From Candidatus Levyibacteriota bacterium (GTDB lineage: Bacteria; Patescibacteriota; Microgenomatia; Levybacterales; UBA12049): 64,000 nt of DNA. Position numbers and translations under genes: made by a program. The DNA is taken from assembly GCA_003152105.1 (NCBI GenBank), contig PLZJ01000002.1, forward strand, positions 469,682 through 533,681, read 5' to 3'. How positions within the stretch are numbered: the stretch's first letter is position 1; each line of letters starts with the position of its first letter. Shown here in pieces: positions 31,665 to 41,158 of this stretch. The notes under the pieces are model-generated. The model was not told the origin of the DNA. It worked only from the letters and a program-made list of their open reading frames with translations, and ran no database searches.

Positions 31665-32726
31665 ATGGAAACTGCTACGCCAATACAACCTACAACACAG
31701 CCTCCAGTGCAAGCACCCGTTACTCCGGGCGTTTCAAGCGTTACGCCAACTACTCCACAAATAGTCACCGAATCACTCCACGACAATTATGTTAAAGGAT
31801 CATTTAAACGAAGACTTGGAGCTTTTCTTATTGACTTTTTACTCTGCTACGCTGCGCTTGTAGTTGTGCGATTTTCAAATATCCCTTCACTCTATCTTTG
31901 GATAAGTATTGCAACCGTTGTTGTGGCACTCTGTTATGCGCCACTTTTTATCTGGAAATGGGGAGCAACACCGGGAAAAATGGTATGTAAACTTAAAGTT
32001 GTTAAAACTGATTACCAAAAAGTTGGTTTTTGGCGCGCTTTGCTTCGAGAAACATTTGCTAAATGGATTTCATCATTCTTTTTTAATCTTGGCTATTTTT
32101 GGATGTTTCTAAATAAGCAAAGAATGACGTGGCATGATGAGATTGCTCAAACAGTAGTTGTTGAAGTAGATTCTAATCGACAACTCATGCCTTCAACCAT
32201 TTCTCCAAAAGTTTCGGTTAAAAATATTATCTCTTTTTTCATAACTTATATATTATTTGGAACTCCATTTATCTTTTTAATACTCTACGTATTCTTTTTC
32301 CGTCCTTTTCAAGTAAATGGAATTTCCATGCAGCCAAATTACACAAATAAAGAATATTTTATAACCAAACTTATGTATGGCAGCGTAGAAAGAGGGGATG
32401 TGTTTGTATATAAGGCACCGGATTCACCAAGAAAAGATTATATTAAACGAGTTATTGGACTTCCAGGTGAAACAATAATGATTAGCACTGGCAAAGTATA
32501 TATCAATGGGCAATTACTTGATGAAACAAGTTACCTGGCAAGCACTGTCATAACTTCAGGAGGATCATATTTGCCAGATGGGAAAACTATTACTATTCCA
32601 AATGATTCGTATTTTATGCTTGGAGATAATAGATCACAAAGCATAGACTCAAGGCAGTACGGGCCGGTTGCAAAACAACTACTCATTGGAAAAGAATTAT
32701 TTTGCTATTTCAACTGCGCAAAGTAG
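31665..32726 (+). CDS. lepB: RDD-domain / signal peptidase I fusion
   Basis: RRLGAFLID...TPGK...R...WHD (RDD) then SMQPN, YIKRVIGLPG, GDNRSQSIDSR. Confidence 0.88.
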   Translation: METATPIQPTTQPPVQAPVTPGVSSVTPTTPQIVTESLHDNYVKGSFKRRLGAFLIDFLLCYAALVVVRFSNIPSLYLWISIATVVVALCYAPLFIWKWGATPGKMVCKLKVVKTDYQKVGFWRALLRETFAKWISSFFFNLGYFWMFLNKQRMTWHDEIAQTVVVEVDSNRQLMPSTISPKVSVKNIISFFITYILFGTPFIFLILYVFFFRPFQVNGISMQPNYTNKEYFITKLMYGSVERGDVFVYKAPDSPRKDYIKRVIGLPGETIMISTGKVYINGQLLDETSYLASTVITSGGSYLPDGKTITIPNDSYFMLGDNRSQSIDSRQYGPVAKQLLIGKELFCYFNCAK

Positions 32727-32750
32727 TAGCAATAAGATAAGTACAATAAG

Positions 32751-33398
32751 TTACACAGCTACGTATAGTGAACTAATTATCGGTAGTATATCTTTTATAT
32801 CAGACACAACAAACTCTGGATTACATTTTGCTATTTCGTTTTTGTGAAATCCATATGCTGCGCCAATTGTTTTTACTTTTGCATTTTTCCCAGCTTTGAT
32901 GTCAACATCAGTATCTCCTATCATTACCGCAGATTCTTTTGAGACACTTAAGAAACGCAGCGCTTTTTCTATTCCTTCTGGATCTGGTTTTTGTTTCAAG
33001 ACATCTTCACTCGTTAAAAGCAGATCTAAAAACGGAAAAATTCCAGCTCTTTTGAGGGTTGATGTTGCAGTTTTATTTGATCTTGTGGTGAGCGCAACAA
33101 TAAGAATGTGTTGTTTTTTTAGCGTTTCGAGAACTGAAAGTGTATTGGTAAAGGGAACAGATAGGAAAAGATGTTTTTTCTGGAAATCGCGGTGCAATGA
33201 AATAAGTTTTGATACATCTTTTTTTCCTGTTAAACCGATATAGCAATCTGCAAGTGGTTTTCCAATGTATGGACGAATTTGTTCTCTTGAAACATCTAAA
33301 AACCCTTCCTTTTTAAGGGTAAATGCAAATGCTTGAAAAATAAATTCAGTGGTATCCAGAAGCGTTCCGTCAACATCAAAAAGAACGAGTGTGATCAT
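32751..33398 (-). CDS. HAD phosphatase (PpaX/Gph-like)
   Basis: FDVDGTLLD, KPDPEG, IGDTDVDI; leaderless start at 33398. Confidence 0.9.
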   Translation of the reverse strand: MITLVLFDVDGTLLDTTEFIFQAFAFTLKKEGFLDVSREQIRPYIGKPLADCYIGLTGKKDVSKLISLHRDFQKKHLFLSVPFTNTLSVLETLKKQHILIVALTTRSNKTATSTLKRAGIFPFLDLLLTSEDVLKQKPDPEGIEKALRFLSVSKESAVMIGDTDVDIKAGKNAKVKTIGAAYGFHKNEIAKCNPEFVVSDIKDILPIISSLYVAV

Positions 33399-33437
33399 AC
33401 TCAGATTATAGCAAAATACAATACGAAGATTTGGGAT

Positions 33438-33523
33438 TGAGTGCGGGCAAGTTGTTTGTTTTGAAGGTTTTCTCGATAGAGAAGAACGGTCATTGCAGAC
33501 AGAGCTTGCCTCGCGTGCACTCA
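33438..33523 (-). terminator. 3' branched stem-loop of cassette A
   Basis: TGAGTGC/GCACTCA outer stem, GGCAAG/CTTGCC inner stem, TTCTC-gata-GAGAA hairpin. Confidence 0.55.
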
Positions 33524-33558
33524 TTTTGTTGCGGGAATGTTATACATGCAGCCGTTGC

Positions 33559-33864
33559 TTATAGTGGTCTTCCATGGAGTGCATCATCGTAGCTTTGTGA
33601 TCTGATTGCTTCGCCTAAAGATTGAACGTCAGCATGCTTAACCTTTGTTAGTTCGGAGACTGAAACATTGATGCAGTCGGCGAAAATACCGGTTACGTAG
33701 TGTGGAGCACGTTCACCTCTTGAGATGACATGAAGTATGATTACTTGAACTTGACCTTTTTTGGTTTGTTCATCTAATACTGAAACGATTGATCGTTCGG
33801 CATGCTTCTCATTGTTTACGTTCCTTTCGAGAATGTAAATTTCGTCGACTTCGACTCTATCCAC
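33559..33864 (-). CDS. hypothetical protein (cassette A ORF3)
   Basis: GTG start with SD AAAGGAA. Confidence 0.6.
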   Translation of the reverse strand: MDRVEVDEIYILERNVNNEKHAERSIVSVLDEQTKKGQVQVIILHVISRGERAPHYVTGIFADCINVSVSELTKVKHADVQSLGEAIRSQSYDDALHGRPL

Positions 33865-33909
33865 AATAGTTCCTTTCTATGTTGTTAGTTGAATTTGAAA
33901 AAGATCTAT

Positions 33910-34140
33910 CTACAAATGCCAAACCAAATTTGCCAGTAGCACGAGTGTCACAAAGCAAATAACAGAACCGATGAGTGTCCACCATGACAGCTTCACTGTT
34001 CTTCTGTTCGTAGGATATCGACGGGTTTCTGGTGTACCTGCAATATAATTCAACAGCAAAAAGAATGCTGAAACGAGAATAAAGCAGGCGCAAACACAGG
34101 CTCCAAAAATGGCGACTATGTACTCGATTATGTTAATCAT
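33910..34140 (-). CDS. small two-TM protein (cassette A ORF2)
   Basis: SD AAGGAG before ATG 34140; two hydrophobic helices. Confidence 0.6.
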   Translation of the reverse strand: MINIIEYIVAIFGACVCACFILVSAFFLLLNYIAGTPETRRYPTNRRTVKLSWWTLIGSVICFVTLVLLANLVWHL

Positions 34141-34202
34141 CGTCTTTCTCCTTCTGTTTGTATGTTGTGCTGCGAAGGCAAATCCTACGTACTCAGCTTT
34201 GC

Positions 34203-34595
34203 TTATGTTTGTATCGCGTATCCATCTGGCCATCTCACATTGATCGTACCATCTCCTACTCTGAAGAAATCAAATACGTCCAATCCAAACAAGCCAACAG
34301 AGAGCGAGACTTTACATCCGGTGGTTGGGCACAGATCTACAGTAGAACTACAATCTATTCCAGAGCAGTCAACGTGGATCGTGTTTTCTCCATCGTATGT
34401 TATTGTGTAGGTTGTATCGTACTTATCTTGCGAACTTATGACGAGTTGTCCACCAACTGGTACATTGGCAAGGTTATTACCAACAATTGAAACGCCGCTT
34501 GACCTTGGTTGACAACTTTCTAGCCAAACGACAAGTCCGACAATAAGAACGATAGTAGATACGACGAGTCCAAAGGCAGAAATATAATAACGCAT
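34203..34595 (-). CDS. membrane-anchored Cys-containing protein (cassette A ORF1)
   Basis: SD AAAGGAAA before ATG 34595; N-terminal TM; four clustered Cys. Confidence 0.65.
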   Translation of the reverse strand: MRYYISAFGLVVSTIVLIVGLVVWLESCQPRSSGVSIVGNNLANVPVGGQLVISSQDKYDTTYTITYDGENTIHVDCSGIDCSSTVDLCPTTGCKVSLSVGLFGLDVFDFFRVGDGTINVRWPDGYAIQT

Positions 34596-34755
34596 GCATT
34601 TCCTTTTGTTCTTTTTAGTAAGCGACATACTACGTATAGCTTTATACGCACAATATCACTTACTAAATGTGTATTTTTCCGCAACTTGTGAATGTGCAAA
34701 TGAAAAAAAACAAGATATAAAATGCTTATTTCTATAACTGTCTTTTAGCCATGGG

Positions 34756-34798
34756 AGTATAGCAGAATAAAGAGAGCACTTCAAGTGCTATAGGATTA
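34756..34798 (-). promoter_or_regulatory. cassette A promoter with conserved upstream element
   Basis: TTGAAG-N17-TATACT (extended TG); upstream TAATCCTATAGCAC identical to cassette C. Confidence 0.75.
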
Positions 34799-34902
34799 TT
34801 TGCGTTATTATTTTTCGTACAATAACTTTTTATCCTTATATTACTCTTATATGTATATTTATTACTTGACTTACCGAAACAATTACATTGTAATTAATAC
34901 AT

Positions 34903-36030
34903 ATGCCAGAAGGAGTAGGTGGAATAGTAGAAGGACAAGCAAGAAATGTATTTGCCAGTAGAATGGCAGATGTAAAAACTTTAGAAAGTGAACAGCAGCC
35001 TCATCATTTTCCAAATCTGATAAAGTTTGTAAAAAACGTAGAGCATATGGGAAATAGTATGAATCAAGCAGATTCACTTAGAACTCTTCGAAACGCAGTT
35101 AAAAATGCAGTTGAGCGTTCAATAACGGGAGATACAGATAGGGAGTTAACACCCTCGGAACAGCAAAAATTACATGCCATATCGCAAATATTTATTGGCC
35201 CATTAGCACTCCAAAAAGAATCGTTAACCCAAGGCTTAAACGATTCACCTCAAATTTCAAAAGAAAAAGCAACACAAGAGAAATTACTTTCTGCGCAAAT
35301 CCAGCAAGGTTTGGTGCAAGGTATATTATATGCATCTAGTGACCGGGCGACAAAAGAAGAAGTTGAAGCGGTATTTTGGCACGTTGGTATGCTTGAGCTT
35401 TTAAGTGAAACACAAGTTGGCCAAAATATACACTTGAAAGACTGGCTTCGTGGAGTGCGAAATCATGCTGCAATGCTTAAGCTTTTTGAGGAACATGGAG
35501 ATGTTCTCGAAGTATTTATGCCAGATCCAGATGAACTAAGTGATGTAGAATTTCTTGATTTAAAAGGTATAGATGCTGTTGTGCTTCTTCGGGACAGAAC
35601 TGATAAAAAAGCAATGCATCTTGTTTGTGTTGATGCAAAATCTGGTGATCTGTTTGGTGTTTTGGATGCAAAAGTACCTGGAATTTCTAATCCAAAAACA
35701 CAAGAACTAATAGATGGAATTGCCAAAAAAGCGCAAGATGATTTGTTAAGTTCTGATATTACACTTACGCAATTTCCAAAAAAACTCGAAGTAAGAATTC
35801 CATCATTTCGTGCCAAAGGTTTGTTTTCAAATGAGGAATTGATCGATGTTGAAAAATCTGCAAAATATCATAAAGCAAGTCCTACGCTTGTACAGTCCAA
35901 TACACTCATGAAAGAACTTCAGAGTGGGAGTAAGGAAGAAATGAGTGCACGATTAGCAAGATTTGGAAGCTTGCCTGACGCAAGTGCAGATTTGGTGGTG
36001 TCAATGCTACATAATGTAATAGAATCATAA
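34903..36030 (+). CDS. hypothetical protein (possible PD-(D/E)xK-like C-terminal region)
   Basis: 375-aa ORF; GIDAVV...CVDAK spacing resembles a restriction-like fold (weak). Confidence 0.6.
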   Translation: MPEGVGGIVEGQARNVFASRMADVKTLESEQQPHHFPNLIKFVKNVEHMGNSMNQADSLRTLRNAVKNAVERSITGDTDRELTPSEQQKLHAISQIFIGPLALQKESLTQGLNDSPQISKEKATQEKLLSAQIQQGLVQGILYASSDRATKEEVEAVFWHVGMLELLSETQVGQNIHLKDWLRGVRNHAAMLKLFEEHGDVLEVFMPDPDELSDVEFLDLKGIDAVVLLRDRTDKKAMHLVCVDAKSGDLFGVLDAKVPGISNPKTQELIDGIAKKAQDDLLSSDITLTQFPKKLEVRIPSFRAKGLFSNEELIDVEKSAKYHKASPTLVQSNTLMKELQSGSKEEMSARLARFGSLPDASADLVVSMLHNVIES

Positions 36031-36031
36031 T

Positions 36032-36262
36032 ATGCCAAAAGAATTAAAACATCCCTTAGAACATAATGAGGGACCAAGGAGAAAAGAATCGTCTGTATAC
36101 CTGCTTTTTAGTAGAGCTTCTCATAGACTTGTTGATCTTTTTAATAGTCAAAATATCCCTTCAGATAGGCCTCATCCAAAGCAATTAACACAAGATCATA
36201 CAGATGAAATAGCAATGGAACTTGGAAAGCGTCCAGAAGAACAAAGAGATGTGAAAAAATGA
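36032..36262 (+). CDS. hypothetical protein
   Basis: Abuts the upstream gene. Confidence 0.45.
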   Translation: MPKELKHPLEHNEGPRRKESSVYLLFSRASHRLVDLFNSQNIPSDRPHPKQLTQDHTDEIAMELGKRPEEQRDVKK

Positions 36263-36339
36263 AATGAGAGAGAGTTTTGTCCTATAAGGAAGTAAAAGGG
36301 GTATGCAAGCTTTTGCACACGTTTTACATTCCCTAAGGA

Positions 36340-36494
36340 GAGGGTCTGTGGTAACACCACAGTATCACCACAGACCCTCATTCGGTTGTCGACCCAGGAT
36401 TACCCTAGATCAACATTCCACTTCTTGACTGAACGTTCAAGTCTTGCCCACGTGTTAGTAGACTCAACTCTATCGTACAGCTCAAGAACCGTAC
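36340..36494 (-). ncRNA. candidate structured ncRNA (four hairpins)
   Basis: Stems 36340-36379, 36387-36415, 36427-36443, 36475-36494; mismatches resolve as G-U pairs on the minus strand. Confidence 0.5.
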
Positions 36495-36590
36495 TGAGAA
36501 GAGAAAAAGCCTGTAGTAATTAAAAACATCATTATTTTAGCTATTAATTTTTCATAAAGGAAAGTGGAGTAAATGAAGGAAAAAAGAATT

Positions 36591-36670
36591 GGGGCTGAGT
36601 GATTTTGGATTAAGCTAAGAAGCTACGGCTGCTTACGCAGAAATAGATTTTTGCTTGGTCACTCAGCCCC
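36591..36670 (-). terminator. 3' stem-loop of cassette B
   Basis: Perfect 12-bp stem GGGGCTGAGTGA/TCACTCAGCCCC followed by a U-rich tract on the minus strand. Confidence 0.65.
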
Positions 36671-36688
36671 TACGTGTGTTACGAACGA

Positions 36689-36973
36689 TTAGAATTCAAA
36701 CTTGACAGATCCTTGTCGATCTTTGGTCGAAAAATGGACGCTGATATTCCCGAAATCGGCGTTGTAGCCATAAATCATCCAGGATTCTCCGCTGCCGTTT
36801 TCTCGATGGACTCCTTTGATATACATGATAAATCCGGTAACGTAAGTAGTTGTTTTAATGTCAAAATACATAAAACGCGTTCCAGACTCACCATCAAAAA
36901 GGTTGAGCATGAGATCGAACTTGGATGGGCCTGCAATGACGGGATACATCTGATCGGTCTGGATAAGAGACAT
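36689..36973 (-). CDS. hypothetical protein (cassette B ORF2)
   Basis: SD AAGGAGG; GPSKFDLM...RENGSGESW. Confidence 0.7.
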   Translation of the reverse strand: MSLIQTDQMYPVIAGPSKFDLMLNLFDGESGTRFMYFDIKTTTYVTGFIMYIKGVHRENGSGESWMIYGYNADFGNISVHFSTKDRQGSVKFEF

Positions 36974-37091
36974 ACGTCCCTCCTTCTATGGCTAATCTGC
37001 GAAAACGGCAGAAGCGCTGTTGCACTGATATTCATCAGTACCACCTGAATTTCGATCCAGGAATTAAATGGTGCCCCTCAGTAGATTTCGA

Positions 37092-37472
37092 CTAGTTGCT
37101 ACTTGTCCACTGAATTTTGCCATCTCTTGTGATCACACAGGAAATGAATTCACCCTCGATCAGCAGTGCTGAGACTGATAGATCGTTTTGGGAAAGGTTA
37201 AAGCTTCGAGCACAAAGCGCAGCCCAGGTATGAGCTAACCAGGTTAACTGGTTCTCATAAAGACTGCGAAGCTGATTAAAGCCAGGGCTTCCCAAAAGCG
37301 GATTGACGAGCGTGACATTGTCGAGAAGAACCTTTCCTTGACCTTGAGGCAAATGAGCCCTGAAATCAGTGATGATCTCATCAGGCGCATGCTTCATATA
37401 GTCTTGGGCTTCAGGTCTCCACGAATCTCGGGCGATGAATCGATTGGTAAAACGAAACGAAGGTAATCGCAT
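37092..37472 (-). CDS. hypothetical protein (cassette B ORF1)
   Basis: SD AAAGGA. Confidence 0.65.
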   Translation of the reverse strand: MRLPSFRFTNRFIARDSWRPEAQDYMKHAPDEIITDFRAHLPQGQGKVLLDNVTLVNPLLGSPGFNQLRSLYENQLTWLAHTWAALCARSFNLSQNDLSVSALLIEGEFISCVITRDGKIQWTSSN

Positions 37473-37627
37473 GGCAGCATCCTTTCTATAAAGTTTTATC
37501 TACTGAGGAGCATTCTAAACACAACATATGTTCACAATGCCACTCAGTAAATTAACACACGTACTATAAAAGAGCTACGAAAAGTTTGGATACGCAGCTT
37601 TTGCCTATCGTCCTTTTTCGTCTTGGA

Positions 37628-37670
37628 ATTGTAGCAAAAAGAGGCACAACAGTCAACTACTACAGGATAA
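37628..37670 (-). promoter_or_regulatory. cassette B promoter
   Basis: TTATCCTGTAGTAG-TTGACT-N17-TACAAT; upstream element resembles A and C. Confidence 0.7.
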
Positions 37671-37707
37671 AAGAACCGTTACCACAAGGGGACAAGTAGT
37701 AGTAATA

Positions 37708-38898
37708 TTATTGTTTCCAGATAAGAATTGATACCCAAATTTCAGGAACTTGAGGATTACCGTTTTTTCCATACGCTTCATAAGGTACACTTTGATTTGC
37801 CGAAATCCCAATACCTATTTCATTATACTTTCCATCTTGCAAATATTTATATCTATCTTCATTTGGTTTTATAATGTTTTCCCAAATAGCATTTATAAGA
37901 CCAAGGGTAAATTTATTACCTCCTGCATCAGTATATGGGTGAGGCGCGCCATCATAAAATGCATTGATCCATGGAGACTGGGGTGCATGCGCATCAACTG
38001 CTTGAAGCGTTCTTGAGTCTTTCCAAGCTGGTGTAGTGCTTGCGCATGGTTTTGTATTTGGTGGCCATGGATTGTAAAAGCCGCGATATGGATAATCTTG
38101 TACATTATATTTTGACGGGTTTTGTGGCCATGGATTATCTGCTGGCCAAGGCCACGCAAATGCATAATGAGAAGAAGCAGTATATGGTTTTCCATCCACT
38201 TGTTTATTTGCAACATCACTTTTTTGTCTATGCATCCAATAATTAGCAGTTTTTAGGGCACAATTTGAAATTTGCGTATTTACTGATGCAAAAGGGGAAA
38301 CATTATGATTAGTTCTGTATGTATTTATTTGAGAAAGTAAATACTGTTCCATTAACTTAAACGGAATACCTGTTTGCGCACTTTGTGCGATCATCGATGC
38401 GCTAATAGTATTGCCAATGAGATTTGTTGTACTTTGTGAATTTATCGAAAAATTAGTACTACTGTTGTCATCAAACTGTTCATACACAAACTTTGACTCA
38501 TCTACTCCAAGATAACTATTTGCTAAAAGCCACGCATGTACAAGTGGCTCTGTATTTGCTTTTGTATCATTTGAGACAACGACAAATTGTTGTAAGTCGT
38601 TATCAAATGTAATCGTAAATGAATCAGTATCAATTGGCACATTTGAAAGTAGCGTTTGGAGCGTATTTTGTGGAATTGTTTTTGAAATAACTGGCGCAAC
38701 TGGTGTTTGTGCATGTTCTGATATTGTTTGATTTTGTGAAACAGCGACTATTGTAATGGGAAGCGCAAGAAGTATTGTAAATACAGCAAGAAGTGAATAC
38801 TTTGTGGTTTTAGGAATTGATGAGAATACATTTGTTTTACTACTATGCGAAGTACTTTCAGTTATCTTTGTATCGTCAGAAGAGGGGATCTCATCCAT
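37708..38898 (-). CDS. secreted CAP/SCP-like domain protein
   Basis: TM ending ...ISEHAQ; INTYRTNH and YNEIGIGI CAP-like motifs. Confidence 0.6.
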   Translation of the reverse strand: MDEIPSSDDTKITESTSHSSKTNVFSSIPKTTKYSLLAVFTILLALPITIVAVSQNQTISEHAQTPVAPVISKTIPQNTLQTLLSNVPIDTDSFTITFDNDLQQFVVVSNDTKANTEPLVHAWLLANSYLGVDESKFVYEQFDDNSSTNFSINSQSTTNLIGNTISASMIAQSAQTGIPFKLMEQYLLSQINTYRTNHNVSPFASVNTQISNCALKTANYWMHRQKSDVANKQVDGKPYTASSHYAFAWPWPADNPWPQNPSKYNVQDYPYRGFYNPWPPNTKPCASTTPAWKDSRTLQAVDAHAPQSPWINAFYDGAPHPYTDAGGNKFTLGLINAIWENIIKPNEDRYKYLQDGKYNEIGIGISANQSVPYEAYGKNGNPQVPEIWVSILIWKQ

Positions 38899-38984
38899 TG
38901 GTTATTTATTACATAGTAGTAATACAATGTCAAGCGTTGTAATAAATTAATTACAATAAGAGGACACTTTGCTATACTACAAGT

Positions 38985-39245
38985 ATGGAAGAGCTGGAAA
39001 AGCGAGTTGAAAAACTTGAACAAAGAAACAAGAGAGTAGAAATTGATAAAAAATGGGAAACTAGCTATACGAGACGAATCCTTATTATATTATTTACGTA
39101 TGTTACTATCTCAATCTACTTACAATTTATTGTTGGCATTAACCCATGGATAAATGCCATTGTTCCAACCGTTGGTTTTATACTCTCAACACAAACGCTC
39201 CCGTTTTTCAAACGTTTGTGGATAAAGCACATTCACCGTAAGTAA
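38985..39245 (+). CDS. conserved small membrane protein
   Basis: RNKRVEIDKKWETSYTRR...NAIVPTVGFILST; leaderless. Confidence 0.75.
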   Translation: MEELEKRVEKLEQRNKRVEIDKKWETSYTRRILIILFTYVTISIYLQFIVGINPWINAIVPTVGFILSTQTLPFFKRLWIKHIHRK

Positions 39246-39326
39246 TTGGAAGTTTTTTCTGCTCTTTTATTCTTTATTGAGATACCTATGTAGTTTCCTT
39301 TATAATGAGAGTGAACATAACATTTC

Positions 39327-41144
39327 ATGCAACATGATAACGAGAAAGATTTAAAAAAAACGTCACAAGATAGTTTTTTTACGTCAATAAAACGCATGGA
39401 TTGGAAATTAAAACTGTCACTTCTTAGTATTATTCTTTTTCTCATCGCTCTACCAATTCTATTTGCTCTCCATAATCAAGCAACACTATTAGGACATGCA
39501 CAAGTTGATCAAAATGTTGATTATGACGCGGCACTTTCTTCTTTTACTATTCCAAATAACCAAACTTCCTTGTCACTATTTACGCCAAGTACCGATCTTT
39601 TGAATCAACCAATTACCAAACTTCCACAAGTATCGAGTCAATTACAATCAGCCATGCGTACATATCAAACACAACAAACAAATGCATCTCTTTTACAAAT
39701 GGTTACCCTTGCAAAAAACAGATATATTCTTTTAGAAAATGAAATAAATACAAATCCCTCATTATTTCTAAACAGTGTGCTGCCTGGTCAAATTCGACAA
39801 ACATTTCCAGAACAAGTACAACCATTCCTTGAACAAAATGTACAAATAACAGGAGACATACAGTATTCGCATGGCGATAATTTTACAACAAACACCGATA
39901 TTGATTTTTATAGTATTTGTCAAACAAACGGCACTTGTTACCGGTTACATTTTCCAGGAACAGTTCCTGATGACATAACACCGGACGAAAACATAACAAT
40001 ACAAAGCGTGGCAATAGGTGCAGATGTTTTACTGCCTGATTCTACAAATCAGGCTAGTACAACTGGATATGTCCAGTCTTATCATGTAAACAAATTACCC
40101 ACTTTTATAAAGCCTAAAAAAGACCAGAAACTTTTAGTTATTTTAATAGGTAATTTTAATTCGCCTGTTGTTGGAAATACAGGTCTCGATAGCTTTTGGA
40201 AAAAGGTAATGGATGAGGTTGTTTCATTTTATAAACAAAATTCATATGGAAAAGTTTCGATAACGTATGAATTAAAGGGTTGGTATAACACAACGTCTCA
40301 AATGAGCTGCAAGAGATCAAGTTGGTGGGATAATGTGACAGCAGGTTTTTCAGCAGACGCAAATGGAAGTCATGATTACCAAACAGGTGTAAACGCTTAT
40401 GTTGCGTATCAGAAAAAACATCATTTACCAGTGCCAAAAGATTATACTGGTATTATTGTTGTGTTTACGCCAACGTCAAAAGGAGCGTCTAAAGGAGATT
40501 GTGATTATGCAGGTATGTCATTTGGTATTGGCCCCCATGGTTCACCTCCACAGTTTCATAATATAATAACAGCAACTAATTTAACGGGATTTAAGGATGT
40601 TGACACAAAAAGTCAGGCAGTTGCGCACGAGATTGGACATGGGCTTGGGATAAATCATGCCTCAACACTTATTTGTAAAAAAATAAATGATTTTTCCAAC
40701 TGCGCGAGTGTGCATCTTGATGAATACGGAGACATACAAGATGTTATGGGAATGCCACAAATGCCAGAGCTTTATAATGTGGCACATAAAGTAGCACTTG
40801 GGTGGATAACTTCAAAACAAGTAAAAACAGTTACCACAAGCGGGGTTTATGATCTGCATCAATTTGACACGTTTGCAAATGAAACAATGGTACTTCGCAT
40901 AAAAAAATCAGACACATCAAACTTGTTTTATTATATTGAATACAGAAAATATCATGGCTTATTGCTCCATTTATGGAATGAAGAGGCACAGGCAAATACC
41001 GCACTTATCCCATGGGACTTAGATGGTGCAAATCCATTTATAACAATTGGAGAAAATATTACCGATAGCGTAAATCATATAAAAATAACACTAATTAGAT
41101 ATGATAAAGAAAAAAACACTGCGTATGTTGATGTTAAGATGTAA
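39327..41144 (+). CDS. secreted zinc metallopeptidase (M11/M6-like metzincin)
   Basis: HEIGHGLGINH, EYGD..DVMG Met-turn, HKVALGWI, YYIEYR. Confidence 0.85.
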   Translation: MQHDNEKDLKKTSQDSFFTSIKRMDWKLKLSLLSIILFLIALPILFALHNQATLLGHAQVDQNVDYDAALSSFTIPNNQTSLSLFTPSTDLLNQPITKLPQVSSQLQSAMRTYQTQQTNASLLQMVTLAKNRYILLENEINTNPSLFLNSVLPGQIRQTFPEQVQPFLEQNVQITGDIQYSHGDNFTTNTDIDFYSICQTNGTCYRLHFPGTVPDDITPDENITIQSVAIGADVLLPDSTNQASTTGYVQSYHVNKLPTFIKPKKDQKLLVILIGNFNSPVVGNTGLDSFWKKVMDEVVSFYKQNSYGKVSITYELKGWYNTTSQMSCKRSSWWDNVTAGFSADANGSHDYQTGVNAYVAYQKKHHLPVPKDYTGIIVVFTPTSKGASKGDCDYAGMSFGIGPHGSPPQFHNIITATNLTGFKDVDTKSQAVAHEIGHGLGINHASTLICKKINDFSNCASVHLDEYGDIQDVMGMPQMPELYNVAHKVALGWITSKQVKTVTTSGVYDLHQFDTFANETMVLRIKKSDTSNLFYYIEYRKYHGLLLHLWNEEAQANTALIPWDLDGANPFITIGENITDSVNHIKITLIRYDKEKNTAYVDVKM

Positions 41145-41158
41145 AGTAATGTAGCTAT

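Larger units (their letters stand above)
33438..34798 (-). other. structured small-ORF cassette A
   Basis: Promoter, heptaloop hairpin, boxA-like 34686-34697, leader strand 34679-34685 complementary to trailer 33528-33534, 3' structure 33438-33523. Confidence 0.75.
36591..37670 (-). other. structured small-ORF cassette B
   Basis: Promoter TTGACT-N17-TACAAT, boxA-like GCTCTTTTATAG 37564-37575, leader 37553-37563 perfectly complementary to trailer 36671-36681. Confidence 0.8.

Noticed and set aside
37020..37090. Hammerhead ribozyme suggested by CTGATGA and CGAAA on the minus strand
   Set aside because: Stems II and III and the NUH site cannot be formed around the core; CTGATGA is sequestered in its own hairpin
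36671..37563. Leader/trailer inverted repeats as transposon or MITE terminal repeats
   Set aside because: The repeats differ between cassettes, lie inside the promoter-to-3'-structure unit, tolerate G-U type mismatches, and no target duplications or transposase were seen
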